A stretch of DNA of 64,000 bases from Gemmatimonadota bacterium (GTDB taxonomy: Bacteria; Gemmatimonadota; Gemmatimonadetes; Gemmatimonadales; Gemmatimonadaceae): the NCBI GenBank assembly GCA_025362095.1, contig JANYIJ010000100.1, forward strand, positions 775 through 64,774. Direction: 5' to 3'. Below the pieces are notes generated by a model. It was not told the origin of the DNA and searched no databases. It saw nothing but the letters and a program-made list of their open reading frames with translations. Below, in pieces: positions 17,166-27,144 of this stretch. Every line of letters begins with the position of its first letter. The stretch's first letter is position 1. The translations under genes were made by a program, and so were the position numbers.

Positions 17166-17969
17166 CTAAACCCGCGATTTCATCAACGGCGTCCTGATCG
17201 CCCGCTGAAGCCACGCGGGCAGATACTTGATCAGAAGCACGATGAACTTGTAGCGGGCGCTGGGGATGCAGACCGGCGGGCCGTTCCTCGCGGCCTGCGC
17301 GATTGAGTCGTCAACGACGCGCGTCGCCTCGAGCCACAAAAATCCAGGAGTCGATTTCATATCGATCGCGGCGCGGTCGTGGAACTCGGTATGCGTGAAG
17401 CCGGGGCAGAGCGCCTGCACGTGCACGTTCGTGTTGAGCAATTCGGAAGCGAGGCCCTCGCTGAACACCCGCAGATACGCCTTGGTCGCGCAGTAGTTCG
17501 TGTTGCCGGGGCTGTGAATAAAGCTCGCGACGCTCGAGACATTGATGATCGTCCCGCTGTTGCGTTCGATCATTCCGGGAAGCGCGGCGCGCGTGAGAAG
17601 CATCGGCGCCATCACGTGGAGCTCGAGCATCGTCGCCTGCTCGGCTACGGGCCGGTTCGCGAGTTTCCCCTTGCTCCCGAAGCCCGCGTTGTTCACGAGG
17701 CAGTCGAGCCGCTCCATCTGTGAAATGCGGTTCGCGACCGAGCGCATTCCTTCATCGCGAGCGAGATCGGCCGCCATTCCCTCGGCGTTGATCCCGTACT
17801 GCAGGGAGAGTTCGTCGGCGAGCTGACGGAGGCGCACGCCGTCGCGGGCGACGAGCAACAGATCATGCCCGCTCGCCGCGAGCCGCTGCGCGAACACTTT
17901 TCCGATCCCCGCAGAGGCGCCGGTGATCAGCGCAACGGGCCGTTCTGTAGGGGATTCGGTGGCATTCAT
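17166..17969 (-). CDS. Short-chain dehydrogenase/reductase (SDR)
   Basis: TGASAGIG cofactor motif, NNAG, and YCATKAY (YxxxK catalytic motif). Start set at MNATESP. Confidence 0.85.
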   Translation of the reverse strand: MNATESPTERPVALITGASAGIGKVFAQRLAASGHDLLLVARDGVRLRQLADELSLQYGINAEGMAADLARDEGMRSVANRISQMERLDCLVNNAGFGSKGKLANRPVAEQATMLELHVMAPMLLTRAALPGMIERNSGTIINVSSVASFIHSPGNTNYCATKAYLRVFSEGLASELLNTNVHVQALCPGFTHTEFHDRAAIDMKSTPGFLWLEATRVVDDSIAQAARNGPPVCIPSARYKFIVLLIKYLPAWLQRAIRTPLMKSRV

Positions 17970-18032
17970 GTGCAAGAAGCTACCACCAATCGGACGCTTT
18001 TGTAGCATCGCCCCAGCAACTACCTTTCCCCT

Positions 18033-18794
18033 GTGAAAATCGCCGTCCTTATCAAGCGCGTCCCCGACATGGACGTCCGCTTCAAGATCGCCCCGAGTGG
18101 CACAGCCGTCGACGAATCTGGGCTGAAATTCGACATCAGCGACTTCGATGGCTACGCCGTCGAAGCAGCGCTCCAGCTCAAAGAAAAGCAGGCCGATCCT
18201 GCTGCGAGTGAGGTCGTCGTGATCTCACTTGGCCCCGATGTTGTGCAGGAAACACTGCGCAAGGCGATGAGCATGGGTGCAGACCGCGCCGTTCAGCTCA
18301 AGCATGACGCGCCGTTGCACGACAGTTACGCGATCGCGACCGCGCTCGCCGCCGAGTTGAAGGGCGGTGCGTATGATCTCGTGATGTTCGGCAGGATGTC
18401 GATCGATACGGCAAACCAATCGACCGGCACTATCGTCGCCGAGTTGCTCGGCCTTCCGATCGTCACGGCGATCTCGCAACTGACAGTCAACGGCGGACAG
18501 GTGACAGCGCGCCGGGAACTGGAAGGAGCGTACGAACTGATTGCCTGTCCCCTGCCGGCTGTAGTCTCGATTGACGAAGGCATCGCCAGGCCTAGATACC
18601 CATCGTTGAAGGGCATCATGGCGGCCAAAAAGAAGCCGCTAGAGACCAAGCCCGCGCAGGTGGGCGAAGAGCGCTACAAGCTCGACAAAATGGAATTGCC
18701 GCCAGAGCGCGCTGCGGGCCGGATCATTGGTGAAGGGAAGGACGCGGTGCCCGAGCTCGTGCGGCTGCTCAAGGAAGAGGCGAAGGTACTCTGA
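18033..18794 (+). CDS. etfB: Electron transfer flavoprotein beta subunit
   Basis: MKIAVLIKRVPD N-terminus and DLVMFGRMSIDTANQSTG. It is followed directly by etfA. Confidence 0.9.
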   Translation: MKIAVLIKRVPDMDVRFKIAPSGTAVDESGLKFDISDFDGYAVEAALQLKEKQADPAASEVVVISLGPDVVQETLRKAMSMGADRAVQLKHDAPLHDSYAIATALAAELKGGAYDLVMFGRMSIDTANQSTGTIVAELLGLPIVTAISQLTVNGGQVTARRELEGAYELIACPLPAVVSIDEGIARPRYPSLKGIMAAKKKPLETKPAQVGEERYKLDKMELPPERAAGRIIGEGKDAVPELVRLLKEEAKVL

Positions 18795-19816
18795 TGGCGA
18801 ACACGAACGTTTTCGCATTCGCGGAGTCACGGGGCGGCGAGCTGCGGCGCGCGGGACTCGAGGCGGTGACCGCGGCGCGACAGGTCGCGGATTCGACGGG
18901 CGGTCAGGTTCACGCGATGCTGGTGCGGAGGCCGGAAGCCGGAGGCGCCGCAGCCGGAAACAGCGTCGCCGCGCTCAAGGCGCACGGCGCAGATGTCGTG
19001 CTGCTGCTCGAACATGAGGGCTTTACGAACTACAATCCGGAGGCGATCGCCGCGACTGTGGCCGCCCGTCTGACTTCGGGCGCGTATCGCGCGGCGATTT
19101 TCGTGGCGAGCGCGCAAGGGCGCGATCTCGCCCCGCGCGTCGCGGCCAAATGTCAGTGGCCGATCGCATCCGACGTCACCGAGTTCGCTGTCGGTGCTGA
19201 TTCGGTAAAGGTGAAACACCCCGGCTATACCGGAAAAGTAATTCAGTCGTTCACGCTGAGCGCGGCGACGGCGATCGTCTCGCTGCGCCCCGGCGCCGTG
19301 CTTCCCAAGAAGCCGGACGCCGGAGGCGCGGAAGCCGGAGGCGTGGTGGAAGCGATCTCGCCGGCCATTGATCCCGCGAGCGTGCGCGTCGTGGTCACGT
19401 CCACCGCGCAAAGCGAGGGCGCGAAACTCGACCTCGGCGAAGCGCCGGTGATCATTTCGGGCGGCCGCGGATTGAAAGAGGCTGCAAACTTCAAACTCGT
19501 CGAAGATCTCGCTGCTGCATTCGGAAACGCCGCTGTGGGCGCGACTCGCGCGGTAACCGATGAAGGATGGCGTCCGCACAGCGATCAGATCGGCCAGACA
19601 GGCCGTCTCGTGAGCCCGCAGCTGTACATCGCGTGCGGAATCTCGGGCGCGATCCAGCATCTCGCCGGCATGCGCACGTCGAAGACGATTGTCGCGATCA
19701 ATCGCGATAAAGAGGCGCCGATCTTCAAAGTTGCCGACTACGGAATCGTCGGCGATGTGCTCGAGATTCTCCCGGTGCTGACGGCAGCGGTGAAGGAAGC
19801 CAAGAAGGGCGCGTGA
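18794..19816 (+). CDS. etfA: Electron transfer flavoprotein alpha subunit
   Basis: FAD-binding C-terminal signature [19 protein letters not shown]. Start overlaps the etfB stop (TGATG). Confidence 0.9.
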   Translation: MANTNVFAFAESRGGELRRAGLEAVTAARQVADSTGGQVHAMLVRRPEAGGAAAGNSVAALKAHGADVVLLLEHEGFTNYNPEAIAATVAARLTSGAYRAAIFVASAQGRDLAPRVAAKCQWPIASDVTEFAVGADSVKVKHPGYTGKVIQSFTLSAATAIVSLRPGAVLPKKPDAGGAEAGGVVEAISPAIDPASVRVVVTSTAQSEGAKLDLGEAPVIISGGRGLKEAANFKLVEDLAAAFGNAAVGATRAVTDEGWRPHSDQIGQTGRLVSPQLYIACGISGAIQHLAGMRTSKTIVAINRDKEAPIFKVADYGIVGDVLEILPVLTAAVKEAKKGA

Positions 19817-21726
19817 TGGGTTCCTGGAGCGCCTCGAGCGTGCTGTTCACGATTGTCGTCGTGGCCGCGTTCGGCTTCTTCTCGTACAACGTCCAGCGCC
19901 TCGTCGGCGAGCTGCAGCTCGGCCGGCACGACGACTCGCGCTGGAACGATCTTCCGCGGCGTTTCTGGAATTTTCTGCAGATAGGAATCTTCCAGAAGAA
20001 GATCTTCCGCGATGGCGTCGCTGGCCCGATGCACGCGGCGATTTTCTGGGGATTTTGCGTGCTCACGCTCGGTACGATCGAGATGATCCTCGGCGGGATC
20101 GCGCCGGGCTTTTCGTTCGCGCCGTATGTGCCGGCGCCAGTGTACGCGTTCTACGAGATGAACCAAAATCTCTGGGGCGCGCTGGTGCTCGCCGCGGTTT
20201 CGTTTGCGCTCTTCCGCAGAATCACCAAGCGCGTCAAGCGGCTTCAGGGCAAAGAAACGCACGCCGACGATCCGCTGCTGATCCTCTCGTGGATCGGAGC
20301 GCTGATGATCACGATGTTCGCGTCGCACGCGACCACTGGAATCGTGCACGATCTTTTCTGGTGGTCGCACGCGCTGCTCGTCCTCGGATTCCTGAACTAC
20401 CTGCCGTACTCGAAACATCTGCACGTGGTAGTCTCGTTGCCGAACGTGTTCCTCTCGAATACGAGCGGCCCCGGTGTGATCGGCGCGATGCGGCCGATGG
20501 ATCTCGAGAGCGACATCGCGGTCTTCGGCGCCAAGGACGTCACCGATCTCTCGTGGAAGAGCCTGCTCGACGGCTTCGCCTGCACTGAGTGCGGCCGCTG
20601 CACGAGCGTCTGCCCGGCGAACCTCACCGGCAAACTGCTGAACCCGCGGAAGATCGTGATCAACGTGCGCGAGCGGCTCGAGGCCGAAGCCAAGGGCGAT
20701 CACTCGAAGACGCTGCTCGACGATTTCATCACCGAGGAAGAACTCTGGAGCTGCACCACCTGCCGTGCGTGCGTGCAAGAATGCCCCGTGAGCATCGATC
20801 AGCTCAGCGTCATTCTCGAACTGCGCCGCAACCTCGTGCTCGGTGAGTCGCGTTTTCCCGAAGAAGTGATGCCCGCGTTCGAGTCGATGGAGCAACGCGG
20901 CTCGCCGTGGGCGTTCGATCCGGGTGATCGCGGGAAGTGGGCCGCTGGATTGGACATTCCGACGATGGCCGAGATGGCCGGGCGCAACCAGCGGCCCGAG
21001 GTGCTCTACTGGGTTGGGTGCATGGGGTCGTTTGACGATCGGGCGAAGAAGACGACCGTTGCGTTCGCGAAAATATTGAAGGCCGCGAACGTGAACTTTG
21101 CAATTCTCGGGCAGGAGGAGAAGTGCAACGGCGACGCCGCGCGCCGAATGGGAAACGAGTATCTGTATCAGATGCTCGCGAAGGAGAACATCGAGACGCT
21201 CGAGCGCTACGGCGTGAAGACCGTCGTAACCGCGTGCCCGCACTGCTTCCATCAGATCGGCAATGAGTACCCGCAGTTCGGCGGGAACTACGATGTGGTG
21301 CATCACTCGACGTACATCGAGAGCCTGATGGCGGCTGGGCGTGTACCGCTCCGTGACGATCTGCATGAGCCGGTTCGCACGTTCACGTATCACGACTCAT
21401 GCTATCTCGGCCGCTACAACGATGTATACAGTGCGCCGCGCGAGACGCTGAAGCGCGCGCTGCCGATGCTCAATCTCGTGGAGATGCCACGCTCGAAGGA
21501 TCGCGGCTTGTGCTGCGGCGCCGGCGGCGGGCGGATGTTCATGGAAGAGAAAGTCGGCAAGCGCATCAACGCCGAGCGCGCCGAAGAAGCACTGGCCACG
21601 GGCGCCGATGCGATCGCGGTCGCATGTCCGTTTTGCATGACGATGATGGCGGACAGTGTGAAGTCGCGGGATTCGCACGTCGATGTCTATGACGTGGCGG
21701 AAGTGGTGGCGGGGCGGCTGGCGTAG
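19813..21726 (+). CDS. Membrane-anchored (Fe-S)-binding oxidoreductase with two CCG domains (EtfD / HdrD / GlpC-like; probable ETF:quinone link)
   Basis: N-terminal hydrophobic helices. Two 4Fe-4S motifs (CTECGRCTSVCP, CTTCRACVQECP). Two cysteine-rich CCG motifs (CPHC..., CCGAGGG). Translationally coupled to etfA (GTGATG). Confidence 0.8.
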   Translation: MMGSWSASSVLFTIVVVAAFGFFSYNVQRLVGELQLGRHDDSRWNDLPRRFWNFLQIGIFQKKIFRDGVAGPMHAAIFWGFCVLTLGTIEMILGGIAPGFSFAPYVPAPVYAFYEMNQNLWGALVLAAVSFALFRRITKRVKRLQGKETHADDPLLILSWIGALMITMFASHATTGIVHDLFWWSHALLVLGFLNYLPYSKHLHVVVSLPNVFLSNTSGPGVIGAMRPMDLESDIAVFGAKDVTDLSWKSLLDGFACTECGRCTSVCPANLTGKLLNPRKIVINVRERLEAEAKGDHSKTLLDDFITEEELWSCTTCRACVQECPVSIDQLSVILELRRNLVLGESRFPEEVMPAFESMEQRGSPWAFDPGDRGKWAAGLDIPTMAEMAGRNQRPEVLYWVGCMGSFDDRAKKTTVAFAKILKAANVNFAILGQEEKCNGDAARRMGNEYLYQMLAKENIETLERYGVKTVVTACPHCFHQIGNEYPQFGGNYDVVHHSTYIESLMAAGRVPLRDDLHEPVRTFTYHDSCYLGRYNDVYSAPRETLKRALPMLNLVEMPRSKDRGLCCGAGGGRMFMEEKVGKRINAERAEEALATGADAIAVACPFCMTMMADSVKSRDSHVDVYDVAEVVAGRLA

Positions 21727-21736
21727 GGCTCGCTCG

Positions 21737-22696
21737 ATGACCGCCGAGTCCTATCATCGCCTTTCGCTCGATCGTGTCGAGCGCGCCGCTGGTGCGATCG
21801 ATCCCGTATTCCTTCGCTCGCCGCAGTTCGTGTGCGAACCGCTCGGCGACGCCCTCGGCGTGCGATGCGCGCTCAAGGTCGAATCGACAAACCCCATCCG
21901 CTGCTTCAAGGGGCGCGGCGCGGACTGGCTCGTGTCGCAGGCGCAGCCCGGCGAACCGCTGATCTGCGCGAGCGCCGGCAACTTCGGCCAGGCGATGGCG
22001 TACGCGGGGCGCGCCCGAGGCGTGCCAGTGACCGTCTATGCGAGCGTTCGCGCGAATCCGCTCAAGCTCGAGCGCATGAGAAAGCTCGGAGCGACGCTCG
22101 TCCTGCACGGCGACGACTTCGACGCCGCGAAGGCCGAGGCGCGGCGCGCGGCGGCTGCGTCGGGCGTTCGATTCGTTGAGGACGGCCTCGACGTCGAGAC
22201 GCTCGAAGGTGCGGGCACAATCTCGCTGGAATGGCTCGGCGCAGCGGAGTTTCCGGACGTGCTGCTCGTCCCGCTCGGCAACGGCGCACTGTTCACCGGT
22301 GTTGCGCGCGTGATCAAGGCACGGCGCCCTGGCACACGCCTGATCGCGGTCCAGGCCGCGGGCGCGCCCGCAATGGTGGAGTCTTGGCGGGCGGGGCGCG
22401 TGATCGAGCACGACCAGCTTGATACGATCGCCGATGGCATTGGCGTGCGCGTGCCCATTCCGCAATCGCTGGACGATTTGCGCGGGCTGATCGATGAGGC
22501 GGTCCTCGTGAGCGAAGAGTCGATCGTCAAGGGAATGCAGCTCATCCATCGGCACGCGGGACTCGTTGCCGAACCTTCAGCGGCCGTGGGAGTCGCAGCG
22601 CTGCTCGAGTGCGCAGCGGAGTTCCGCAATGCGCTTGTTGGCACCATTATTTGTGGCGGCAACCTCACCCCCGAGCAGATGAGGGAGTGGTTGTAG
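21737..22696 (+). CDS. PLP-dependent threonine/serine dehydratase family enzyme (fold type II)
   Basis: ESTNPIRCFKGRGA (Lys-PLP region), SAGNFGQAMAYA, and a Gly-rich loop near the C-terminus. Start set at MTAESYH. Confidence 0.75.
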   Translation: MTAESYHRLSLDRVERAAGAIDPVFLRSPQFVCEPLGDALGVRCALKVESTNPIRCFKGRGADWLVSQAQPGEPLICASAGNFGQAMAYAGRARGVPVTVYASVRANPLKLERMRKLGATLVLHGDDFDAAKAEARRAAAASGVRFVEDGLDVETLEGAGTISLEWLGAAEFPDVLLVPLGNGALFTGVARVIKARRPGTRLIAVQAAGAPAMVESWRAGRVIEHDQLDTIADGIGVRVPIPQSLDDLRGLIDEAVLVSEESIVKGMQLIHRHAGLVAEPSAAVGVAALLECAAEFRNALVGTIICGGNLTPEQMREWL

Positions 22697-22740
22697 CTTT
22701 ACCGTACGCGAACCGTATTTCCACTCCGGAGCAAACGCCC

Positions 22741-24576
22741 ATGCGTCGCCGTATCCTGCTCGCTGCACTCTCGCTGGTACCAGCGATCACGCTGGCACAG
22801 ACCTATCCGAGCACCACGGATCCGCGCGCGAACCTGAAGCCAGGCCGATTCGACGCCGGTGAGGCCGCGAGCGGGATGAAACTGGTCTCGCTCACGCCTA
22901 AGCCGGTGCAGTTCGACACGGCGCGCGGACTGACGTTCGCGAACTCCGACATGGCGTTCTCCGGACATCTCGTGGTCCAGGGGAACTTCGCCGGCTTCAC
23001 GATTTGGGATGTCAGCAACGCCGCGAAACCGACCGTCGTCTCCGTGACGAGGTGCTTCACCTCGCAGGGCGATCCGTCCATTGTCGGCAACCTGCTCTTC
23101 GTGAGCGCCGAGGGTGGCGGTAACCGCGTCGACTGCGGCGGCGATGGCGTGAAGGATCCCAAGGATCACTTCGCCGGCGTCCGCATTTTCGACATTTCTA
23201 AACCCGAAGCGCCGAAGCTCGTGAAGAACGTGCAGACCTGCAAAGGCTCGCACACGCACACGGTGGTGCCGAGTACGAAAGACAAGAACATCATCTACCT
23301 GTACGTCTCGGCAGTGGGCGGGGCGCGGTCGGCAACGGAGCTTGCAGGGTGCAAGAACGGCGACGACCCGGCCGACACCACGAACTCGCTCTACGCGCTC
23401 GACATCATCAAGGTCAACCTCAAGAAACCGGCCGATGCTGCCGTGATCGGCTATGCGCGCATCTTCACCGGCCTCGATCCGCTGTTCAAAGCCGGCGATC
23501 GGATTGCGGGCGGGTTGGACAAGGACGGCAAGCCGAATGCTTCGCACCAGCAGTTCCTCTCGATGTTTGGCAGCACGACGCCGAAGAATTGCCACGACGT
23601 CACCGCGTATCCCGCGATGCACCTCCTCGCGGGCTCGTGCCTCGGCTACGGCATCATGGTCGATATCAGCAATCCCGAGAAGCCAGTGCGACTCTCGGCA
23701 CAGGCCGACACGAACTTCTCGGCGTGGCACACCGCGATCATCAGCAACGACGGCAAGAAGGTGGTCTTCACCGATGAGTGGGGCGGCGGCACTGGGCCGA
23801 TGTGCCAGGCCGGCAACATGCTCGAAATGGGGGGCGACGCCGTGCTCACCCTCGACGATCACGCGAAGAAGATCACGCAGCACGCCTACTTCAAGCTGCC
23901 GGCTGCGCAGACCGACCGTGAAAACTGCGTCTCGCACAACGGCGGGCTGATTCCAATTCCCGGCCGCGACATCATGGTGCAGGGTTGGTATCAGGGCGGC
24001 GTAGATGTCTTCGATTTCAGCGACGCAGACCACCCGAAGGAGATCGCGTACTTCGATCGCGGGCCGCTGGATTTTCCGGCGGGAGCGGATGTTCCGATGC
24101 CCGCGGCGACGGGCGGTGCGGCGGCGAATGCTCGCACGGGCAACACGACAGGCGGGTCGTGGGGCGCGTACTACTGGAACGGGATGATTTACTCGTCGGA
24201 GATCGACCGCGGATTCGATATCATGGAACTGCAACCGACTGAAAATCTCTCGAAGAATGAGATTGAAGCAGCGAAGCTGATCAACCTCAAGGAGTACAAT
24301 CCGCAGAGCCAGCCGAAGATCGAATGGCCGGGTGCTTTTCCCGTGGTTCGCTCGTTCCTCGACCAGCTGGTGCGGAATCAGGGACTCGCGGCATCCCGCA
24401 CGACTGCGATCAACGCTGCGGTTGACGCAGCCGAGCAGCAGACCGGTTCGGCCAGGCGCAACGCGCTGAGTTCACTCGCCAAGCAGGTGGATGGCGATGT
24501 AGCCGGCGCGAAGGATTCCGCTCGCGTGAAGATGCTGGTGGAGGCGATCCGAAAGCTCGCCGCGGCGACGAAATAG
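22741..24576 (+). CDS. Exported LVIVD-repeat / beta-propeller-like protein of unknown function
   Basis: Signal peptide MRRRILLAALSLVPAITLAQ. Repeated motifs of the type G.TIWDVSNAAKP, VRIFDISKPEAPK, IMVDISNPEKP and VDVFDFSDADHPK. The function is not known to me. Confidence 0.6.
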   Translation: MRRRILLAALSLVPAITLAQTYPSTTDPRANLKPGRFDAGEAASGMKLVSLTPKPVQFDTARGLTFANSDMAFSGHLVVQGNFAGFTIWDVSNAAKPTVVSVTRCFTSQGDPSIVGNLLFVSAEGGGNRVDCGGDGVKDPKDHFAGVRIFDISKPEAPKLVKNVQTCKGSHTHTVVPSTKDKNIIYLYVSAVGGARSATELAGCKNGDDPADTTNSLYALDIIKVNLKKPADAAVIGYARIFTGLDPLFKAGDRIAGGLDKDGKPNASHQQFLSMFGSTTPKNCHDVTAYPAMHLLAGSCLGYGIMVDISNPEKPVRLSAQADTNFSAWHTAIISNDGKKVVFTDEWGGGTGPMCQAGNMLEMGGDAVLTLDDHAKKITQHAYFKLPAAQTDRENCVSHNGGLIPIPGRDIMVQGWYQGGVDVFDFSDADHPKEIAYFDRGPLDFPAGADVPMPAATGGAAANARTGNTTGGSWGAYYWNGMIYSSEIDRGFDIMELQPTENLSKNEIEAAKLINLKEYNPQSQPKIEWPGAFPVVRSFLDQLVRNQGLAASRTTAINAAVDAAEQQTGSARRNALSSLAKQVDGDVAGAKDSARVKMLVEAIRKLAAATK

Positions 24577-24580
24577 CGGC

Positions 24581-25393
24581 GTGAGACTCTCAACGTTGCA
24601 GTCACGACTCGGCGGATCTGCCGCGGCGCTCGTCGTGATCGTCGCCGCATGTGCGGCCGCGTGCGCGCGCGCGGGTGCCGACCGCGCTGCCGACCCTCTG
24701 CCGGAGACCGGGACGTTCTCGATCATCGCGTATGACACCGCGACAGGCGAATGGGGCGGTGCGGTGCAATCTCGCGTGTTCGCGGTTGGCAATGGCGTGC
24801 TAACGGCAGAGGCCGGTGTGGGCGTCGTCGCGAGTCAGGCCGTGGTGGACGTGAGTTATGGCCCGCAGGCGATCGCGCTTCTGCGGCAGGGAAAGTCGGC
24901 GAGCGAAGTCGTGAAGTATGTATGGGAGCACGATCCGGATCCCGACACCGCTCGCTGGGCGAAGACGGGCCGGCAGTTCGCCGTTGTCGATTCAAAAGGA
25001 AACGTGGCCGCGTACACGGGGCCGACTGCGCCGACCGCAGCGGGCGACAAGCAGAGCGCACACGTTACTGCGCAGGGAAACACGCTCGCTGATAAAGCCG
25101 TGCCCGATTCCATGGTTGCCGCATTCAACCGCACCCGAGGCCATCTCGCGTTTCGGCTGCTTGCCGGAATCGAGGCGGGGCAGGCCGCAGGCGGCGATAA
25201 GCGCGGCAAACAATCCGCCGCGATGATCATCGTGAAGAAGTGCGGCGGCGTGTGGCTGCACAACGATGTTGTGCTGCGACTGCAGGTGGACGACAGTCCA
25301 GAGCCGATCGTCGAGTTGCGCAGGCTCGTGGAGGAGGCGCCGCTGCCCCCGAGCGCCGTGACGAACGCCAAGAACGATCCGGCATGCCGGTGA
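24581..25393 (+). CDS. DUF1028-family (Ntn-hydrolase-fold) exported protein
   Basis: Family N-terminal signature TFSIIAYDTATGEWGGAVQSRVFAVG after a lipoprotein-like leader (VVIVAACAAAC). Confidence 0.75.
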   Translation: MRLSTLQSRLGGSAAALVVIVAACAAACARAGADRAADPLPETGTFSIIAYDTATGEWGGAVQSRVFAVGNGVLTAEAGVGVVASQAVVDVSYGPQAIALLRQGKSASEVVKYVWEHDPDPDTARWAKTGRQFAVVDSKGNVAAYTGPTAPTAAGDKQSAHVTAQGNTLADKAVPDSMVAAFNRTRGHLAFRLLAGIEAGQAAGGDKRGKQSAAMIIVKKCGGVWLHNDVVLRLQVDDSPEPIVELRRLVEEAPLPPSAVTNAKNDPACR

Positions 25394-25758
25394 CCAAACC
25401 GAAGACCGTCAGTGAGTACATCGCAGCCGCGCCGGCAGGAGCGCGAAAAAAGCTGCGCGAAATGCGCGCGTGCATTCGCAAGGCCGCGCCGGGCGCCACC
25501 GAAGGGCTGAAGTGGGGAATGCCCGCGTACTCGTACAAACGAATCCTCGTCACGTTCGCGGGCTTCAATCACCACATCGGTTTTTATCCAACACCGTCGG
25601 CGATGACCGCGTTCGCGAAGGAGCTGAATCGATTCCACACGGCGGCGGGCTCTGTTCAGTTTCCTCTCGAGGAGCCGCTTCCGATCGCGCTGATCCGCAA
25701 GATCACGACCTTTCGCGTTCGCGAGAGCACGGAGGAGGACAAGAAGTGGCGGACGTGA
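25384..25758 (+). CDS. DUF1801 (YdhG-like) domain protein
   Basis: VSEYIAAAPAGARKKLREMRACIRKAAPGATEGLKWGMPAY is typical of DUF1801. Start at ATG 25384, overlapping the upstream gene by 10 nt. Confidence 0.7.
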   Translation: MPVTKPKTVSEYIAAAPAGARKKLREMRACIRKAAPGATEGLKWGMPAYSYKRILVTFAGFNHHIGFYPTPSAMTAFAKELNRFHTAAGSVQFPLEEPLPIALIRKITTFRVRESTEEDKKWRT

Positions 25759-26546
25759 TCGCGCTCGCGATCCTGCTCGCGATCGCGCCGCAGGGCCTTT
25801 CCGCTCAACGTGTCGATTCCGTTCCTGCGCACGACTCGTTCGTCGTGCAATCGCGGGCGCTCGGCGAGGCGCGGCCCGTCAATGTGCACATGCCGATCCA
25901 CGCTCGCGCTTCCGGGGCACTGCCGGTGCTGTACATGCCCGATGGCGGTCTCGACGAAGATTTTCCTCATGTCGTGCGCGCGGTGGATTCGCTCGTCGCG
26001 ATCGGCGCGATTCGACCTGTGATCGTTGTGGGCGTGCCGAACACGCAGCGCCGTCGCGATCTCACGGGGCCGACGACCGTGAAATCGGACAGCGCGATCG
26101 CACCCGTGGTTGGCGGATCCGCAGCGTTCCGGCGCTTTGTTCGCGACGAGCTGATTCCCGAAATCGATCGGCGATATCGAACGACTCGCGAGCGCGCGAT
26201 CGTTGGTGAATCGCTCGCGGGGCTGTTCGTCATGGAGACTTTTCTGAATGCACCAGCGCTCTTCACGCACTTCATCGCGCTCGATCCAAGTCTCTGGTGG
26301 AATCGTGGCGCGCTGGTGGATTCGGCGGCAGCGCGGATTGCGGCGTTCGGCGCCGTATCGCGATCACTCTATCTGGCGAGTTCGGTTGAGCCGAGCACCG
26401 CGATCGGCTGTGCGCGCCTCGACGCTTTGTTGAAAGCTGCCAAGCCGCGCGGCCTGCGCTGGAGCTACGCGCCGCGTCCGGACCTCACGCACGCCAACAT
26501 CTTCAGCTCACTCGAGTACGCCGCGCTCTCGGAGGCGCTTCGCTGA
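25746..26546 (+). CDS. Exported alpha/beta-fold putative esterase (siderophore-esterase/IroE-like family)
   Basis: Signal-like N-terminus VADVIALAILLAIAPQGLSAQ and a GESLAGLF nucleophile elbow (GxSxG). The start is GTG 25746 or 25755; both overlap the upstream stop region. Confidence 0.7.
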   Translation: MADVIALAILLAIAPQGLSAQRVDSVPAHDSFVVQSRALGEARPVNVHMPIHARASGALPVLYMPDGGLDEDFPHVVRAVDSLVAIGAIRPVIVVGVPNTQRRRDLTGPTTVKSDSAIAPVVGGSAAFRRFVRDELIPEIDRRYRTTRERAIVGESLAGLFVMETFLNAPALFTHFIALDPSLWWNRGALVDSAAARIAAFGAVSRSLYLASSVEPSTAIGCARLDALLKAAKPRGLRWSYAPRPDLTHANIFSSLEYAALSEALR

Positions 26547-26547
26547 T

Positions 26548-27129
26548 ATGAATCTTATCGCCGCGCTCGCAGCGCTCGCTCTGCACCTTGCTCCGCCGGT
26601 GGTGGTCGTCTTCGAGACCTCGGCCGGAAAATTCGAAGTCGCGGTGGACGTCACGCGCGCGCCGGTCACCGCGGCCAATTTTTTGAAGTACGTCGATGCC
26701 GGCGGATACGACAACGGTTTTTTCCACCGCACCGTGCGGCCGGAAACAGAAACGCGCACCGACTATCCGATTCAAGTCGTGCAGGCGAGCGCCGCGAAAG
26801 GGTTCGCGAGCTACGGGGCGATTCCGCTCGAGCGCACGAATGTCACCGGCATCAAGCACGTCGCAGGAACGATCTCCATGGCGCGCAGCTCCAACACCGA
26901 TTCGGCGACGAGCGATTTCTATATCTGCATCACTGACACGCCTGAGAATGATTTTGGCGGCCGCAGAAATCCCGACGGTCAGGGATTCGGCGCATTCGGA
27001 CAAGTGACCAGCGGCATGGACGTGGTTCGCGCGATCCAGGCTTCGCCGACGCAAGTCGGCGCGGATGGACGCAAGTCACAGGCGCTGAACCCGCCTGTCG
27101 CGATTCTCAGAGCGTACCGCAAGAAATAA
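26548..27129 (+). CDS. Cyclophilin-type peptidyl-prolyl cis-trans isomerase (exported)
   Basis: FHRTV, GTISMARSSNTDSATSDFYICI and FGAFGQVTSGMDVVRAI (cyclophilin signatures), with a hydrophobic leader. Confidence 0.85.
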   Translation: MNLIAALAALALHLAPPVVVVFETSAGKFEVAVDVTRAPVTAANFLKYVDAGGYDNGFFHRTVRPETETRTDYPIQVVQASAAKGFASYGAIPLERTNVTGIKHVAGTISMARSSNTDSATSDFYICITDTPENDFGGRRNPDGQGFGAFGQVTSGMDVVRAIQASPTQVGADGRKSQALNPPVAILRAYRKK

Positions 27130-27144
27130 AGCGGTTGTAGCCGC

